DNA of 64,000 nt from Candidatus Multivorans sp. GTDB lineage: Bacteria > Acidobacteriota > Thermoanaerobaculia > Multivoradales > Multivoraceae. The notes beneath the pieces are model-generated. The model was not told the origin of the DNA. It saw nothing but the letters and a program-made list of their open reading frames with translations, and did not search any database. Made by a program: the position numbers and the translations under genes. This document shows, in pieces, positions 49,303-59,110 of this stretch. The DNA lies in the NCBI GenBank assembly GCA_965206765.1, contig OZ242222.1:23730-87729 (forward strand), written 5' to 3'. Each line of letters begins with the position of its first letter. The stretch's first letter is position 1.

Positions 49303-49611
49303 ATGATGGCGAAGAAAGTTCTGGAGCCGATCCACCCAGGCCGGATCCTGCTCGACGAGTTCCTGGTGCCTTTCGGCCTGAGCCAGTACAGGCTTGCCAA
49401 GGGCATCAGTGTCCCGCCCCGCCGGATCAACGAGATCGTTCACGGCAAGCGGGCCGTGACCGCGGACACGGCGCTTCGCCTTTCGCGCTTCTTCGGCACC
49501 AGCGATCGGTTCTGGCTCAATCTCCAGACGCGTTTCGATCTCGAAGTGGAGAAGGACCGCTTGGGCGAGGCTCTCGAGACTCAGGTTGAAGTGCTCGCGA
49601 GAGCGGGCTGA
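49303..49611 (+). CDS. higA: HigA antitoxin (orphan)
   Basis: PIHPG.IL..EFL.P.GLSQYRLAK.I.VPPRRINEIV.GKR..TADTALRL.RFFGTS..FWLNLQ motif. Confidence 0.93.
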   Translation: MMAKKVLEPIHPGRILLDEFLVPFGLSQYRLAKGISVPPRRINEIVHGKRAVTADTALRLSRFFGTSDRFWLNLQTRFDLEVEKDRLGEALETQVEVLARAG

Positions 49612-49674
49612 TGAACTGCACCAACCGCGGACTGCGCGAGCCTGCTGCCTATCCGAAGCGCTGACGGAGACCGT

Positions 49675-49920
49675 GTGGCCCGTGCTACGGTGCCGTGCCT
49701 TGAGTGCCTCGTCTTCACGGTGACGCGGCAGGGTGATCGGCTCTTCGTCCAACTCACCGGGCAACCGCGGTTCGAGGTGTTCCCCGAATCGGAGACGAAG
49801 TTCTTCCTGCGCGTCGTGGACGCGCAGATCACGTTCGGGCGGGCCGAGGACGGCTCGGTGGACCATCTGGTGCTGCACCAGAACGGGGTGGATCAGCGGG
49901 CTGGGCGGATGGCTGAGTGA
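49675..49920 (+). pseudogene. DUF3471-like C-terminal fragment (usually the tail of serine hydrolases)
   Basis: TVTRQGDRLFVQLTGQPRFEVFPESETKFF..VVDAQITF.....LVLHQNG. No convincing start or N-terminus. Confidence 0.65.
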
Positions 49921-49938
49921 GACGGCTGATGGTGCGGC

Positions 49939-50886
49939 CTAGAAGGCCAGCACCGCCTCCACGATCAGCTCCCTGACCGCCTCGACATCGGCGTCCCAAA
50001 CGATGTCGCTGGAGGGGACACCGGGCGTGCCGATTGCCTGGATCAGCGCGGCCGGACGGAGGTCGGCCACGGTCATGCCGCGGGTGTGCTCGCCTTGGAC
50101 CTCGACGGCGACGGGCTGGCGGGAGCGTTCAAACAGCTCGGGGTGCGTTGCGGCGATCACGGCCGTCGCGTCGTGCACGGGGACGACGGATTGCCCGATG
50201 TACTCCCGGAAGCGATCGCGCAGGAACTCGATCAGGCCGGCGGCGAACTCGGCCACCGGCGTTTCCGCGGCGCGCATTCGCGCGGTTTCGCCCGTTCCGA
50301 AGACGACCTTGCTCGTCACGTCGAGGCCGACCATGGTGAGCGGTGCGGCCTTGTCGAACACGACGGCCGCGGCTTCCGGATCGGCCCAGATGTTGAACTC
50401 GGCGACTGGCGTGATGTTGCCGGCGCCGGCGCTGCCGCCCATGATCGTCAGTCCGGCCAGGTGGCGTGGCAGGTCGGGGTCGCGCTCCAGGGCCAAAGCG
50501 ACGTTCGTCAATGGGCCGATGGCCAGCAGGTGCAGGTCGTCGACCGAGCGGGCGGTATCGCAGAGGTAGGTCACGGCATCGTTTGATGCCTCGGACCGCG
50601 TCAGGTCGGGCAGGACCGAATCGCCGAGACCGCTTTCGCCATGGATCCGGCTTCCGTTCACCGGCGGGCCGGCGAGAGGCTGTGCCGCGCCCCGGTGGAC
50701 CGGCACGTCCAGACCGGCAAGCTGCGCGATGACGAGCGCGTTGCGGGTCGTCCGGTTGATTCCGACGTTGCCGGAGACGGTCGTGATGCCGATGAGGTCG
50801 GCGTGGTGCGCCGCTACGAGGATCGCGATCGCGTCGTCGAGGCCGGGATCGCAGTCCAGGATGAGCTTCTTTCTAGGCGGCAGCAC
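49939..50886 (-). CDS. Inosine/uridine-preferring nucleoside hydrolase
   Basis: ILDCDPGLDDA, HGESG, GPLTN, AEFNIWADPEAA and VHD motifs. Confidence 0.95.
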   Translation of the reverse strand: MLPPRKKLILDCDPGLDDAIAILVAAHHADLIGITTVSGNVGINRTTRNALVIAQLAGLDVPVHRGAAQPLAGPPVNGSRIHGESGLGDSVLPDLTRSEASNDAVTYLCDTARSVDDLHLLAIGPLTNVALALERDPDLPRHLAGLTIMGGSAGAGNITPVAEFNIWADPEAAAVVFDKAAPLTMVGLDVTSKVVFGTGETARMRAAETPVAEFAAGLIEFLRDRFREYIGQSVVPVHDATAVIAATHPELFERSRQPVAVEVQGEHTRGMTVADLRPAALIQAIGTPGVPSSDIVWDADVEAVRELIVEAVLAF

Positions 50887-50916
50887 GGATCGAAGATCTC
50901 CTTGCCAGTTGACAGA

Positions 50917-50961
50917 CCGGCACTTCGCGCCGGATGCGGGCAGGATGCCCGCGTTCCCAGG
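50917..50961 (-). repeat. REP-like palindrome copy 3
   Basis: Reverse complement cctgggaacgcgggcatcctgcccgcatccggcgcgaagtgccgg matches copy 1 at 43 of 45 positions. Confidence 0.88.
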
Positions 50962-50984
50962 GACCGAACAGAGTCGTTCTACTG

Positions 50985-53102
50985 CTAGCCCTCGCCCTGG
51001 GCCTCCAACGCCTTCGAGATGACGAACTGGTGGATCGCGGTGGTCGCCTCCTCGTCGAAGACGTCCGCATAGCCGGGCATGCCGAGCGGCAGCAAGCCGT
51101 CCTGGACGATGCCCATGAAGTCCTCATGGACTTCGGGGGACATGCGGCGCAGGTCGGGCGAGGCGGCGGCGACGATCGAGGTCTGGCCGAGGCCGCGGTG
51201 GCAGAGCGCGCAGTGGTCGTGGTAGAGCGTGTTGCCGCGGTCGATCGTCTCGGCGTCGGCGGTCAGCGGCGGCTGCTCTGGAATCGACAGGTCACGCTCC
51301 GGCGGCTTGGGCAGGGTCGCCGCGCCGTCCAGGGAGAAGACGAGCAGCGTGCCCGGCTGTTCGTACCGGGTGCTGCCCCCGACCATCGTGGCGACGTACT
51401 GGGTGTCGTCGATCGTGTAACTGATGATCGACGAGGAGAACGAGCCGTAGGCGTCGAACTCCCACAGTTTCTCTCCGTCGTCCGCGTTGTAGGCGCCCAG
51501 GTCGCCCCGGCCGCCGCCGTGGAAGAGCAGACCCGTCGTCGTCGCGAGGACGCCGCCGTTGAAGGCGGAGGGCAGCCGGTTCTCCCACACCTTTTCGCCC
51601 GAAAGGGGGTCGAACGCGACCAGGAAGCCCCTGTCCTCCGGCCGCGGGCCGGCCTGGTCCTGGAGCTTCTGGCGATAGGGGCCGGAGGCGACGCCGAGGC
51701 TCAGCCCCCACTCGCGGATCGTGTAGGCGCCGGTCTCCACGAACTCCTCGGGCAGGGCATAGAAGTTCGCGTAGTCGTGGTAGTAGAAATACATGACGCC
51801 CCTGTCCTGGTCCCAGGACATCGGCTCCCAGTTGTGTGCGCCGGCGTTGGCGGGCGTGATCCACTGGGGCTTCTCCTCGAAGACCACGTCAGGGTTCTCG
51901 ATCGGCCGGCCGGTTTCCATGTCGACATGGGTCGCCCAGTCGATCGCGTCGGTGTAGGGATGGGCGCGCAGCAGCTCGCCGGTCTCGCGGTCGATGACGT
52001 AGAAGAAGCCGTTCTTCGGCGCTTGCAGCAGGACCTTGCGCTCCACGCCGTCAACGGTCAGCTCGCCGAGCGCGATGTCCATCGCCGAGCTGTAGTCCCA
52101 GTTGTCGCCGGGAACCGTCTGGTAGTACCACTTCATCTCGGCGGTGTCGGCGTCGACCGCCACGATCGCGGTCAGGAACAGGTCGTCGCCGCCGCCCGGT
52201 GAGCGAACCTGGCGCGACCAGGGCGCGCCGTTGCCGACCCCGATGTAGAGCAGGTTCAACTCCTCGTCGTAGACCAGGGAGTTCCAGGCGGTGCCGCCGC
52301 CGCCCATCTTCCACCACTCGCCGCCCCAGGTCTTGGCAGCCATCTCCATCTCCGGGTGCTCGAACGGCTTGGACGGGTCGCCCGGCACGAGGTAGAAGCG
52401 CCAGTCGAGTTCGCCGGTCTCGGCGTCGTAGGCACTGACGTAGCCGCGCCGGCGGCCGCTCTCGGAACTGCCCTGGCCGATGAACACCTTACCCGCGGCG
52501 GCACGGGGGGCGCCGGTGATGTTGAAGCGGCCGAGAGCGGAGGGGTGCCACGTGTCGACATCCCAGACTTCCTCACCGGTTGCCGCGTCGACCGCCACCA
52601 GCCGGCCGTCGAACAGGGCGACATAGACCTTGCCCTTGTAGACCGCAACGCCGCGGTTCGCGACCCCGCCGCAGCAGGAGTACTTGACGTAAGTGCGGTC
52701 CGTTTTCGGATCGTGGGTCCAGATCTCCTCGCCGGTGGCGGGGTCCAGCGCGTAGATCACGCCCCAGCCGTTCGTCGCGTACATGACCCCGTCGACGACC
52801 AGCGGGGTGCCCTGCATCCGTTCGCTGGGACCGCCGATCGGCTTGGACCAGGCAAGATTCAGGTCCGTGACGTTGTCGCGCGTGATCTGGTCGAGGGTCG
52901 AGAAGCGCTGTTCCCGATAGGTCTGGCCATAGGTGAGCCAACTGCCGGGTTCCGCCTCGGCGGCGCGGACGATCCGCTCGTCGTCGACGTTGCCGGCGGT
53001 TGGGGCCGTGCCGCCGCCGTTGCCGCCGCAGGCGGCCAGGAGAAGGACAAGGAGGGGGTGGGCGCAGGCTGCCCAGCGGGCCGTCGCGGTCGGTTCGCTC
53101 AT
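50985..53102 (-). CDS. Quinohemoprotein (PQQ + cytochrome c) alcohol dehydrogenase, lipoprotein
   Basis: Vicinal CC..NRG, ITGAP, NWDY, QAPKNGFFY and GAHNW motifs. C-terminal CALCH haem motif. Confidence 0.93.
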   Translation of the reverse strand: MSEPTATARWAACAHPLLVLLLAACGGNGGGTAPTAGNVDDERIVRAAEAEPGSWLTYGQTYREQRFSTLDQITRDNVTDLNLAWSKPIGGPSERMQGTPLVVDGVMYATNGWGVIYALDPATGEEIWTHDPKTDRTYVKYSCCGGVANRGVAVYKGKVYVALFDGRLVAVDAATGEEVWDVDTWHPSALGRFNITGAPRAAAGKVFIGQGSSESGRRRGYVSAYDAETGELDWRFYLVPGDPSKPFEHPEMEMAAKTWGGEWWKMGGGGTAWNSLVYDEELNLLYIGVGNGAPWSRQVRSPGGGDDLFLTAIVAVDADTAEMKWYYQTVPGDNWDYSSAMDIALGELTVDGVERKVLLQAPKNGFFYVIDRETGELLRAHPYTDAIDWATHVDMETGRPIENPDVVFEEKPQWITPANAGAHNWEPMSWDQDRGVMYFYYHDYANFYALPEEFVETGAYTIREWGLSLGVASGPYRQKLQDQAGPRPEDRGFLVAFDPLSGEKVWENRLPSAFNGGVLATTTGLLFHGGGRGDLGAYNADDGEKLWEFDAYGSFSSSIISYTIDDTQYVATMVGGSTRYEQPGTLLVFSLDGAATLPKPPERDLSIPEQPPLTADAETIDRGNTLYHDHCALCHRGLGQTSIVAAASPDLRRMSPEVHEDFMGIVQDGLLPLGMPGYADVFDEEATTAIHQFVISKALEAQGEG

Positions 53103-53154
53103 CTTGAAGATCCTCGGAGATTCGCCGGCAACCTAAGCGTCTGAGCGTCCGGTG

Positions 53155-53439
53155 TCAACGGTCAACGGGTGTCAGTATGCGTCGCCGCGGGGGAGAAATC
53201 GCGTAGACGTGGAGAACGAGTGAGTCTCGATCGGGTCGCAGGAGAATCCGCCAGTTTCCGACTCGGACTCGATACCGACCGTGGAGCCTCCCCGACAAAG
53301 GCCGTACGCGTGGGTGAAGCAGAGGCTGTTCGGAGTCTTCGATCTGGCGGAGGCTCTCCCGGAGTCGTCGACGAGTCGTTCGGTCGAGCTTGAGGTACTG
53401 CTTCTGCGCGGACGGTTTGACCTCAATCTTCCAGTTCAT
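53155..53439 (-). pseudogene. relE: RelE/ParE-family toxin with a +1 frameshift in the C-terminal catalytic segment
   Basis: PLSG.L.G.YRVRVGNWRI motif. One extra T (aaa at 53196-53198 on +) changes ...VYAILPRGDAY* into ...VYAISPPRRRILTPVDR. Confidence 0.8.
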
Positions 53440-53662
53440 CGAGACTCTTGCCCGGGACGCCGGCAGCGACTTCCGCCTCTCCGCGCTCGATAGCCTCCAC
53501 CCATTCGGGGCGGGACAGAAGGTCGAGCGTTTCTTTGTGGCGCTCGATGTACTCGTCGATGAGTTCGGAGAGAATCACCTTCATCTCGGTCCTCTCGATG
53601 CCCGCGATGATCTTCAGAGTGTCCCGTTTCTCGGCAGGGATGCGCACTGTCGCTGTAGCCAT
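53423..53662 (-). CDS. Antitoxin of the RelE-like toxin (RHH-like)
   Basis: MATATVRIPAEKRDTLK..., ETLDLLSRPEW.EAI.RG. Overlaps the toxin. Upstream TTGAAC-17-TAGGCT and SD GAGGAG. Confidence 0.8.
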   Translation of the reverse strand: MATATVRIPAEKRDTLKIIAGIERTEMKVILSELIDEYIERHKETLDLLSRPEWVEAIERGEAEVAAGVPGKSLDELED

Positions 53663-53805
53663 GGCAAGCTCCTCACCTAGTTCACTTGTAGCCTAGGCGC
53701 TTGAGCTCTTCAGTTCAACTTCCGCGGCTAAGTGGCCGTCGATCAGCATCGGATGGACTTCATCGCAGCGCTTCCTGGGGTTGGGTTCGGCGTGTCGTCG
53801 AGCCG

Positions 53806-55815
53806 CTACTGCTCGGCGGCCCGGTACCAGATCGGCGAGGTCCAGGCGCGCTCCTGGATCCGCCACGGCTGGTCCGGATCGGCGCAGGCCGCCGGGCGTT
53901 CCTGTTCGGGCAGCGCCGCGCACTGCAGCGCGTTCCAGCGGCAGCTCGGGTTCTCCAGGACTCTTGCGTAGTAGACCGCCGAGCGGGACGGATCGAACTC
54001 GGGATCGGTCCACGTTGCGCACAGCGACGCCGCGCCCGTGCCGCTCAATGCGCAGGTGTTTCTCGACACGTCCGCGCCGTTGTCCGGGTCGCCGGCGACG
54101 TCGAAGACCCGCTCGTGGAAGAGCCCATCGTCGTCGGCCCAGCCCTTGATGATCTGGATGCGCTGCAGGGGCGTTCCGGGGTGCTCGCTGGCGCCCGGAT
54201 CGGCTATGGCGGACACGAACAGCGTCGGCGCCGTGACGCCTTCGCCTTCCGGCAGCACGCCGCCCATCGGCACGGCCTGCTCGTAGGCGTCGGCGATCAT
54301 GTCGTTGCTGGAGCAAAGATCCGGCAGATCCCAGCCGCCGAACAGACGCGCCTTGATCCGCACCCCGCTGGTGCCGAAGGTCTCCTTGCTCAGCATCGCG
54401 TCGAACAGGGAGTCCCTCGAGTTCTCCTCGGCCCAGACGCCGATCAGGCCGCCGGGATTCCGGAGCCGGTGCGGTGCGTAAGCGGGCGTCGTGAGCCGCT
54501 TCTCGAGGTCCGAGTCGACGTTCGCGTTCTGGCCCTGGTAGTCGTACTCGTCCGTGTCGCCGGGTGCGCCGTTGTGGCCGTCGGTCGACGCGATGATCCC
54601 GAGCTGGAACGGGTTGATCCCGAGGCGTTCTTCCTGAGCGAGACCGTCGATCAGCGCGTAGCGCACGAAGTCGAGCCGCGACTGGCAGCCTTCACCTCTC
54701 AGCCCGCCGGCGCCGGTGCCGTCCTCGCAGTCCGGCGGCCGTTCCCCGTCGATGTAGCGCACCTTCTCGAAGTCGCAGAACTCGTCTTCGCCGCCGACGA
54801 CGCCCCACATGCCGCGCCGGCACTCGGAGTCGCCCTTCGCCTGCATGATCTCGACCAGCACGTCCAGCTCGGCCTGAAGCGCCGCCTGCGCCCGCTGCTC
54901 CTCGATCGGCATGCCGCCCCAGTCGACCGTGAACATCTGACCGTTCGAGATGTTCGAGTTGTGGGGGATCGTCAGCGCCTGGCAGCCGGTGCCGGTGTCG
55001 TTGCAGCGCGCCTTGAGCCGGGTCCAGAGGTCGAGAGGTTCGGCGGCGTCCATCCAGGAGATCGGCAACTCGGGGGCGATCTCGTTGCGCAGAATGACGT
55101 TGCGATGCACCTTGGAGAGGCCCGGCATGCGGGTGTACTCCCAGGCGTGGAAGGTCGTGAAGGAACAGTCGCTCGAGCGGTCGTAGTGGCGTTCCGCGGC
55201 CGCCCGGGTGTCGCCCCAGGCGGTAAGCAGACCTTCGCGGCAGCGGCTGCCGTCCTCGCCGCAGAGTCCTGCTACCCGGCCGGTGAGCCGGTGGTCCATC
55301 CACGCGGCGCGTTCCTCTGGGGTGCCTCCCGGCCGCATGCCGCGGCAGGCCGGCTCGTCGTAGAGGGGAGAGGACGGGTCGGTGCACACGGACACCTCGC
55401 CCAGCCACTCGGAGTGGTCGGTCACTGCCGCAAAGTCCAGGGGACGGACGAGTTGGGCGGTGCGGGTCGGTTGTCCGTCGTCGTCGAGCGGACCGAGATC
55501 GAGCGGCTCGCCGCGGGCGAAACGGTAGGCGTCGTCGGGCGTCTGGAAGCCGCCGCGACCCAGGGCGTCCAGGGAGAAAGCGGTGTGGGTGTGGAGATCG
55601 CCGAAGAAGGCCTGGCGGAGCGGATCGCGCTGCGCGCAGGGCTGTCGTGGAACCGGGTCGCCTTGGGTAGCCGGCGCGCTGGGAGGGCGCCACTCCTGGG
55701 TGACGTAGGGCGGAACTCCAGTCGGGGGCACCCGGTCGCCGTTCGAGTCGTCCGCCTGGCCGCAGCCCAATGCGGCGGCTATCGCAAGGCAGGCTGTGAA
55801 TCGGAGTGTCTTCAT
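53806..55815 (-). CDS. DUF3604 domain (PHP-like metallohydrolase) lipoprotein
   Basis: FFGDLHTHT.FS.DA, PLDFAAVTDH, HRNVI, IPHNSN.SNG, NPF.LG...STD.H and QERAWTSPIWY motifs. Confidence 0.9.
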   Translation of the reverse strand: MKTLRFTACLAIAAALGCGQADDSNGDRVPPTGVPPYVTQEWRPPSAPATQGDPVPRQPCAQRDPLRQAFFGDLHTHTAFSLDALGRGGFQTPDDAYRFARGEPLDLGPLDDDGQPTRTAQLVRPLDFAAVTDHSEWLGEVSVCTDPSSPLYDEPACRGMRPGGTPEERAAWMDHRLTGRVAGLCGEDGSRCREGLLTAWGDTRAAAERHYDRSSDCSFTTFHAWEYTRMPGLSKVHRNVILRNEIAPELPISWMDAAEPLDLWTRLKARCNDTGTGCQALTIPHNSNISNGQMFTVDWGGMPIEEQRAQAALQAELDVLVEIMQAKGDSECRRGMWGVVGGEDEFCDFEKVRYIDGERPPDCEDGTGAGGLRGEGCQSRLDFVRYALIDGLAQEERLGINPFQLGIIASTDGHNGAPGDTDEYDYQGQNANVDSDLEKRLTTPAYAPHRLRNPGGLIGVWAEENSRDSLFDAMLSKETFGTSGVRIKARLFGGWDLPDLCSSNDMIADAYEQAVPMGGVLPEGEGVTAPTLFVSAIADPGASEHPGTPLQRIQIIKGWADDDGLFHERVFDVAGDPDNGADVSRNTCALSGTGAASLCATWTDPEFDPSRSAVYYARVLENPSCRWNALQCAALPEQERPAACADPDQPWRIQERAWTSPIWYRAAEQ

Positions 55816-55996
55816 CGTCTCAGGGTAACGCAGGCATGGAGTTCGTGCGCGAACCCCTCCCAGGAGTTTCCGTCGTCTTCCCATGTGTCGGCGCCAGCAC
55901 CTCGTGCGCCTGGGATCGCGCGGGCACCCCTTTCCGGGCTCACGGCGGTGGCTCGCTGTTCAGCTTCTGGCTGCGGCGAGCGCCGCGTCACCGGCT

Positions 55997-56398
55997 TCAG
56001 TAGGACAAGAGCTCAAGGCCCGGAATGCCGTCGAAGTGCTTCGTGTTCCGGGTCGCCAGTGGGGCGGTGTTTTGGGCTGCCCAGGCGGCGATCCAAAGAT
56101 CGGGTTTGGAACGCCCGCTGAGAGCGCCTGTCGATCTGAAGTGAGACACGATGCGCGCGTAGCGCAGAGCGGTCTCGATGGTGACATCGCCGATTCGGAA
56201 AAGACGCAGAAAGAGGAGTGACTCCGCGAGACGTGCTTCCGAGATCGTCGCTCCACCTTCGAGGAACTCGCCGGCGGCATGGCATGGAACCACGAACTCC
56301 TCGCCGGAGTGGCGCTCGAGCAGCGATCTGGCCGAGGAGTCTTCGGACGGATGGTCTCGCCAGAGATCCACCAGGAAGGTGGTGTCGAGACAGATCAT
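55997..56398 (-). CDS. vapC: VapC PIN toxin
   Basis: ICLDTTFLVD, EF.EG, DLWIAA.A and TRN.KHF..IPGL motifs. Confidence 0.9.
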   Translation of the reverse strand: MICLDTTFLVDLWRDHPSEDSSARSLLERHSGEEFVVPCHAAGEFLEGGATISEARLAESLLFLRLFRIGDVTIETALRYARIVSHFRSTGALSGRSKPDLWIAAWAAQNTAPLATRNTKHFDGIPGLELLSY

Positions 56399-56634
56399 CC
56401 TTCCCAGCGTTCGCTTTCGCGATCCTCGGCGACGATCGCCAGGTAAAGCTCTGCGTCACGCTCGGTCAGGCGCGAGAACCTTCCGAGGCTTCGGAGAATG
56501 TCTTGTCCAGTGTGCGCGTCCGCCACCTCGGACAACAGATGATCGATGACTTTGGAGAAGGACTCGCCGTCTCTCTTCAACGCCGCGAGTCGCCGATAGA
56601 TGCTCGACTCAAGGGCGATAGTCTTGGTGCTCAT
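56395..56634 (-). CDS. vapB: VapB antitoxin (DUF217/archaeal-like)
   Basis: MSTKTI.L....Y.RL..LKR.GESFS.VI..L motif. Confidence 0.85.
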   Translation of the reverse strand: MSTKTIALESSIYRRLAALKRDGESFSKVIDHLLSEVADAHTGQDILRSLGRFSRLTERDAELYLAIVAEDRESERWEG

Positions 56635-56669
56635 ACATGCAGAATTGCATGTAGAGGAGGGTGGGTCAA
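56634..56669 (-). promoter_or_regulatory. Promoter TTGACC-17-AATTCT with palindromic operator TACATGCA-N4-TGCATGTA
   Basis: The palindrome at 56634-56653 covers the -10 and abuts the antitoxin ATG. Confidence 0.7.
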
Positions 56670-56725
56670 GAACCGCGTCCGCTCCACACGATCCACGGGC
56701 GATGGAGTCGGGAGTGTTGGAGTGT

Positions 56726-56800
56726 TGGAGCCGACGAGCGGATTTGAACCGCTGACCTGCTGATTACGAATCAGCTGCTCTGCCACTGAGCTACGTCGGC
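56726..56800 (-). tRNA. tRNA-Thr(CGT)
   Basis: GCCGACGTAGCTCAGTGGCAGAGCAGCTGATT-CGT-AATCAGCAGGTCAGCGGTTCAAATCCGCTCGTCGGCTCCA folds as a cloverleaf with encoded CCA. Confidence 0.97.
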
Positions 56801-56910
56801 ACAACCGGGCGAGACAGCCGGTCTCAGCGCGAAGGACGCCGGAGTGTAGCAGCGGTTTGACCGGGCCAGCGTGCTCCGGGATACCCTGCCGCGACCCCGG
56901 TGGCCACCTG

Positions 56911-58260
56911 ATGACCGTCCAACGATTTCCCAGTCCCCCAGGGCCGCTGCCCGGACGCGGCGGCATGTGGGAGTCGTTGCGGATACCCCAGTTCCGCTGG
57001 CTTTTCCTGTCGAACACGACGTTCTTCCTGGCCATGCAGGGTCAACTGATCGTGCGCTCGTGGCTGGTGTACTCGATCACGGACAGCGAACTCGCGCTCG
57101 GGATCGTCAGTCTGATGGTCGCGCTCTCGATGCTCACCCTGGGGCCGATTGGCGGCGTAGCGGCGGACCGCTTCGAGCGGCGGGGCCTGGTCGCTGCCGG
57201 GCAGGCAACGGTCGTGGTCGCCGAGGCGGTCGTGCTCTTCCTGCTGTTCAGCGGAGGGCTGGAGTACTGGCACATCCTGGTCCAGGTGACGGTGGTTGGG
57301 GCGGTCTTCCCGTTCGTCATGCCGGCGCGCAACGCGATCGTTGCGGACGTCGTCGGACGGCGGCGGCTGACCAACGCGATGGCGCTCAGCATGACTGCGG
57401 TCAACGTGACCCGGGTCGTCGGGCCGTCCGTGGGAGGTCTTCTGATCGGCTTCGCGGGCGTCGAGGTGGCGTATTCGATCAACGCGGGTCTCTACGTCCT
57501 GGCCCTGGCCGCCATGATGGGGGTTCACCGGGCGCCCGTGGCCAATCCCTCGGGGCATTCGATGCTCCGGAACATGGCCCAGGGCTTCCGCTACGTCGCG
57601 GAGAACCGCCTGGTTCTCGTGCTCCTGTTCTTCGGCCTGGTGCCGATGTTCCTGGTCATGCCCTTCCAGACCCTGCTCGTTGTCTTCGCCGAGGACATCT
57701 GGGAGGTGGGGCCGCTTGGCCTCGGGATGCTGAGCGGAGCTTCGGGCGTCGGCGGGGTGGTGGGCGCCGCATTCGTGGTCTGGCGCTCCAACTCGAGCCG
57801 CCGCCTCCGGTTGATGATGACCAGCGTTTTCGCCTTCGGTCTGTTCATGATGGGCTTCGCGCTCAGTCCCTGGTTCTGGCTCGGCCTTCTCCTGATCCTG
57901 GCGGGCTCGGCGTTCCAGGCCGTCTACACGACGCTGAACAACACGGCGATCCATGTGTTGATCCCGGACTCGGTGCGCGGCCGGGTGTCCGGCTTTCTGA
58001 CGATGTCGTTTTCGCTGCCGATGCTCGGCGTGGCGCCCATCAGCGCCCTGGCCGAGGTCTGGGGCGCACCGCTGGCGGTGGGTCTGTCCTCGCTGCTTGC
58101 CGTGGTGGTGGCGATCGTGTTCTACCTTGCCAGTTCCGACCTGCGGCGGATGGACGTCTTGATCCGCAGGGCATTCAGAGATGCGGTTCGTGGCGACGCC
58201 GAACGGCCGGTTGGACCGGGAGCGGCCACAAAGCCGGTCGCGCGAGGGTCGGCTCGCTGA
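56911..58260 (+). CDS. MFS transporter (MFS_3/EntS-like)
   Basis: About 12 TM segments. GGVAADRFERR, PARNAIV, R.VGPS.GG and P...RGRV motifs. Confidence 0.9.
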   Translation: MTVQRFPSPPGPLPGRGGMWESLRIPQFRWLFLSNTTFFLAMQGQLIVRSWLVYSITDSELALGIVSLMVALSMLTLGPIGGVAADRFERRGLVAAGQATVVVAEAVVLFLLFSGGLEYWHILVQVTVVGAVFPFVMPARNAIVADVVGRRRLTNAMALSMTAVNVTRVVGPSVGGLLIGFAGVEVAYSINAGLYVLALAAMMGVHRAPVANPSGHSMLRNMAQGFRYVAENRLVLVLLFFGLVPMFLVMPFQTLLVVFAEDIWEVGPLGLGMLSGASGVGGVVGAAFVVWRSNSSRRLRLMMTSVFAFGLFMMGFALSPWFWLGLLLILAGSAFQAVYTTLNNTAIHVLIPDSVRGRVSGFLTMSFSLPMLGVAPISALAEVWGAPLAVGLSSLLAVVVAIVFYLASSDLRRMDVLIRRAFRDAVRGDAERPVGPGAATKPVARGSAR

Positions 58261-58281
58261 GCGCGGGAGAGGAGATATTGG

Positions 58282-58908
58282 ATGCTGATCACGATCTCAA
58301 GGCAGTACGCCTCCGGTGGCGCCCAGGTGGCTTCGCTGGTGGCGAAGCAGCTTGGATGGCGGGTCATTGGCAACGAACTGATCGACGCGGTGGCGCAGCG
58401 GGCAGGCATTCCGGCGGAGGAGGTTCAGGCACGGGAAGACCGGCCGCCCGGCTTCGTCGAGCGCCTTGCCCGGATTGCCAGCGCTCAGCTTCCAGACCTG
58501 TTCCTCCCCGCCCCGGCGATGGGACAGCCGATCGGCGAGGGCAACCTCATCCGCGTCACCCGCAGCGTGGTCTGTGAGATTGCCGCGCAGGGGCGCTGCG
58601 TGTTCGTCGGCCGCGCTTCGGCCGCCGTGCTCGCGCGGCGCCTGGATGCGCTCCATGTGCGGCTCGTAGGGGGCCCCGAGTTCCGGCGTCGCGTGGCGGT
58701 CGAAGTGATGGGTGTGCCCGACCACGACGCCGACGCGATCGTGGTCCGCCGCGACGCGAACCGTGCCCGCTACCACCGTGAGTACTACGCCCGCGACTGC
58801 GACGACCCCCGGCACTACGACCTCGTCCTGAACACGGAGCGGCTCGGATTCGATGGCGCGGCGGACCTGATCGTCCACCGGGCCAGGACGCTCGGCTGGA
58901 TTGCCTGA
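58282..58908 (+). CDS. Cytidylate kinase-like family protein
   Basis: ITISRQYASGG..VA..VA..LG, VFVGR, RD..R..Y..YY..D..DP..YDL.LNT motifs. Confidence 0.9.
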   Translation: MLITISRQYASGGAQVASLVAKQLGWRVIGNELIDAVAQRAGIPAEEVQAREDRPPGFVERLARIASAQLPDLFLPAPAMGQPIGEGNLIRVTRSVVCEIAAQGRCVFVGRASAAVLARRLDALHVRLVGGPEFRRRVAVEVMGVPDHDADAIVVRRDANRARYHREYYARDCDDPRHYDLVLNTERLGFDGAADLIVHRARTLGWIA

Positions 58909-58984
58909 ACCGCCAGCCGGTTGGAGAGCGCGGAGGCGGTACGCTTCGGGCCACAGTCTGGGATTTGGAAGAAGGGGAGCGGAA

Positions 58985-59110
58985 ATGAGGCGTTGGAAGC
59001 GGAGCGTTCTGTGGTCGCTTGCGGCCGGCCTGCTGGCGTCGGGTCTGGCAGCGCCGTGGCCGTGGGACGCTCGCGTAGCCGCTGATCTCATTGACATGTG
59101 TGGCACATGA
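58985..59110 (+). pseudogene. Possible truncated secreted-protein N-terminus (signal peptide only)
   Basis: SD GGGGAG, then MRRWKRSVLWSLAAGLLASGLAAPWP..., ending inside the TA promoter. Confidence 0.4.
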
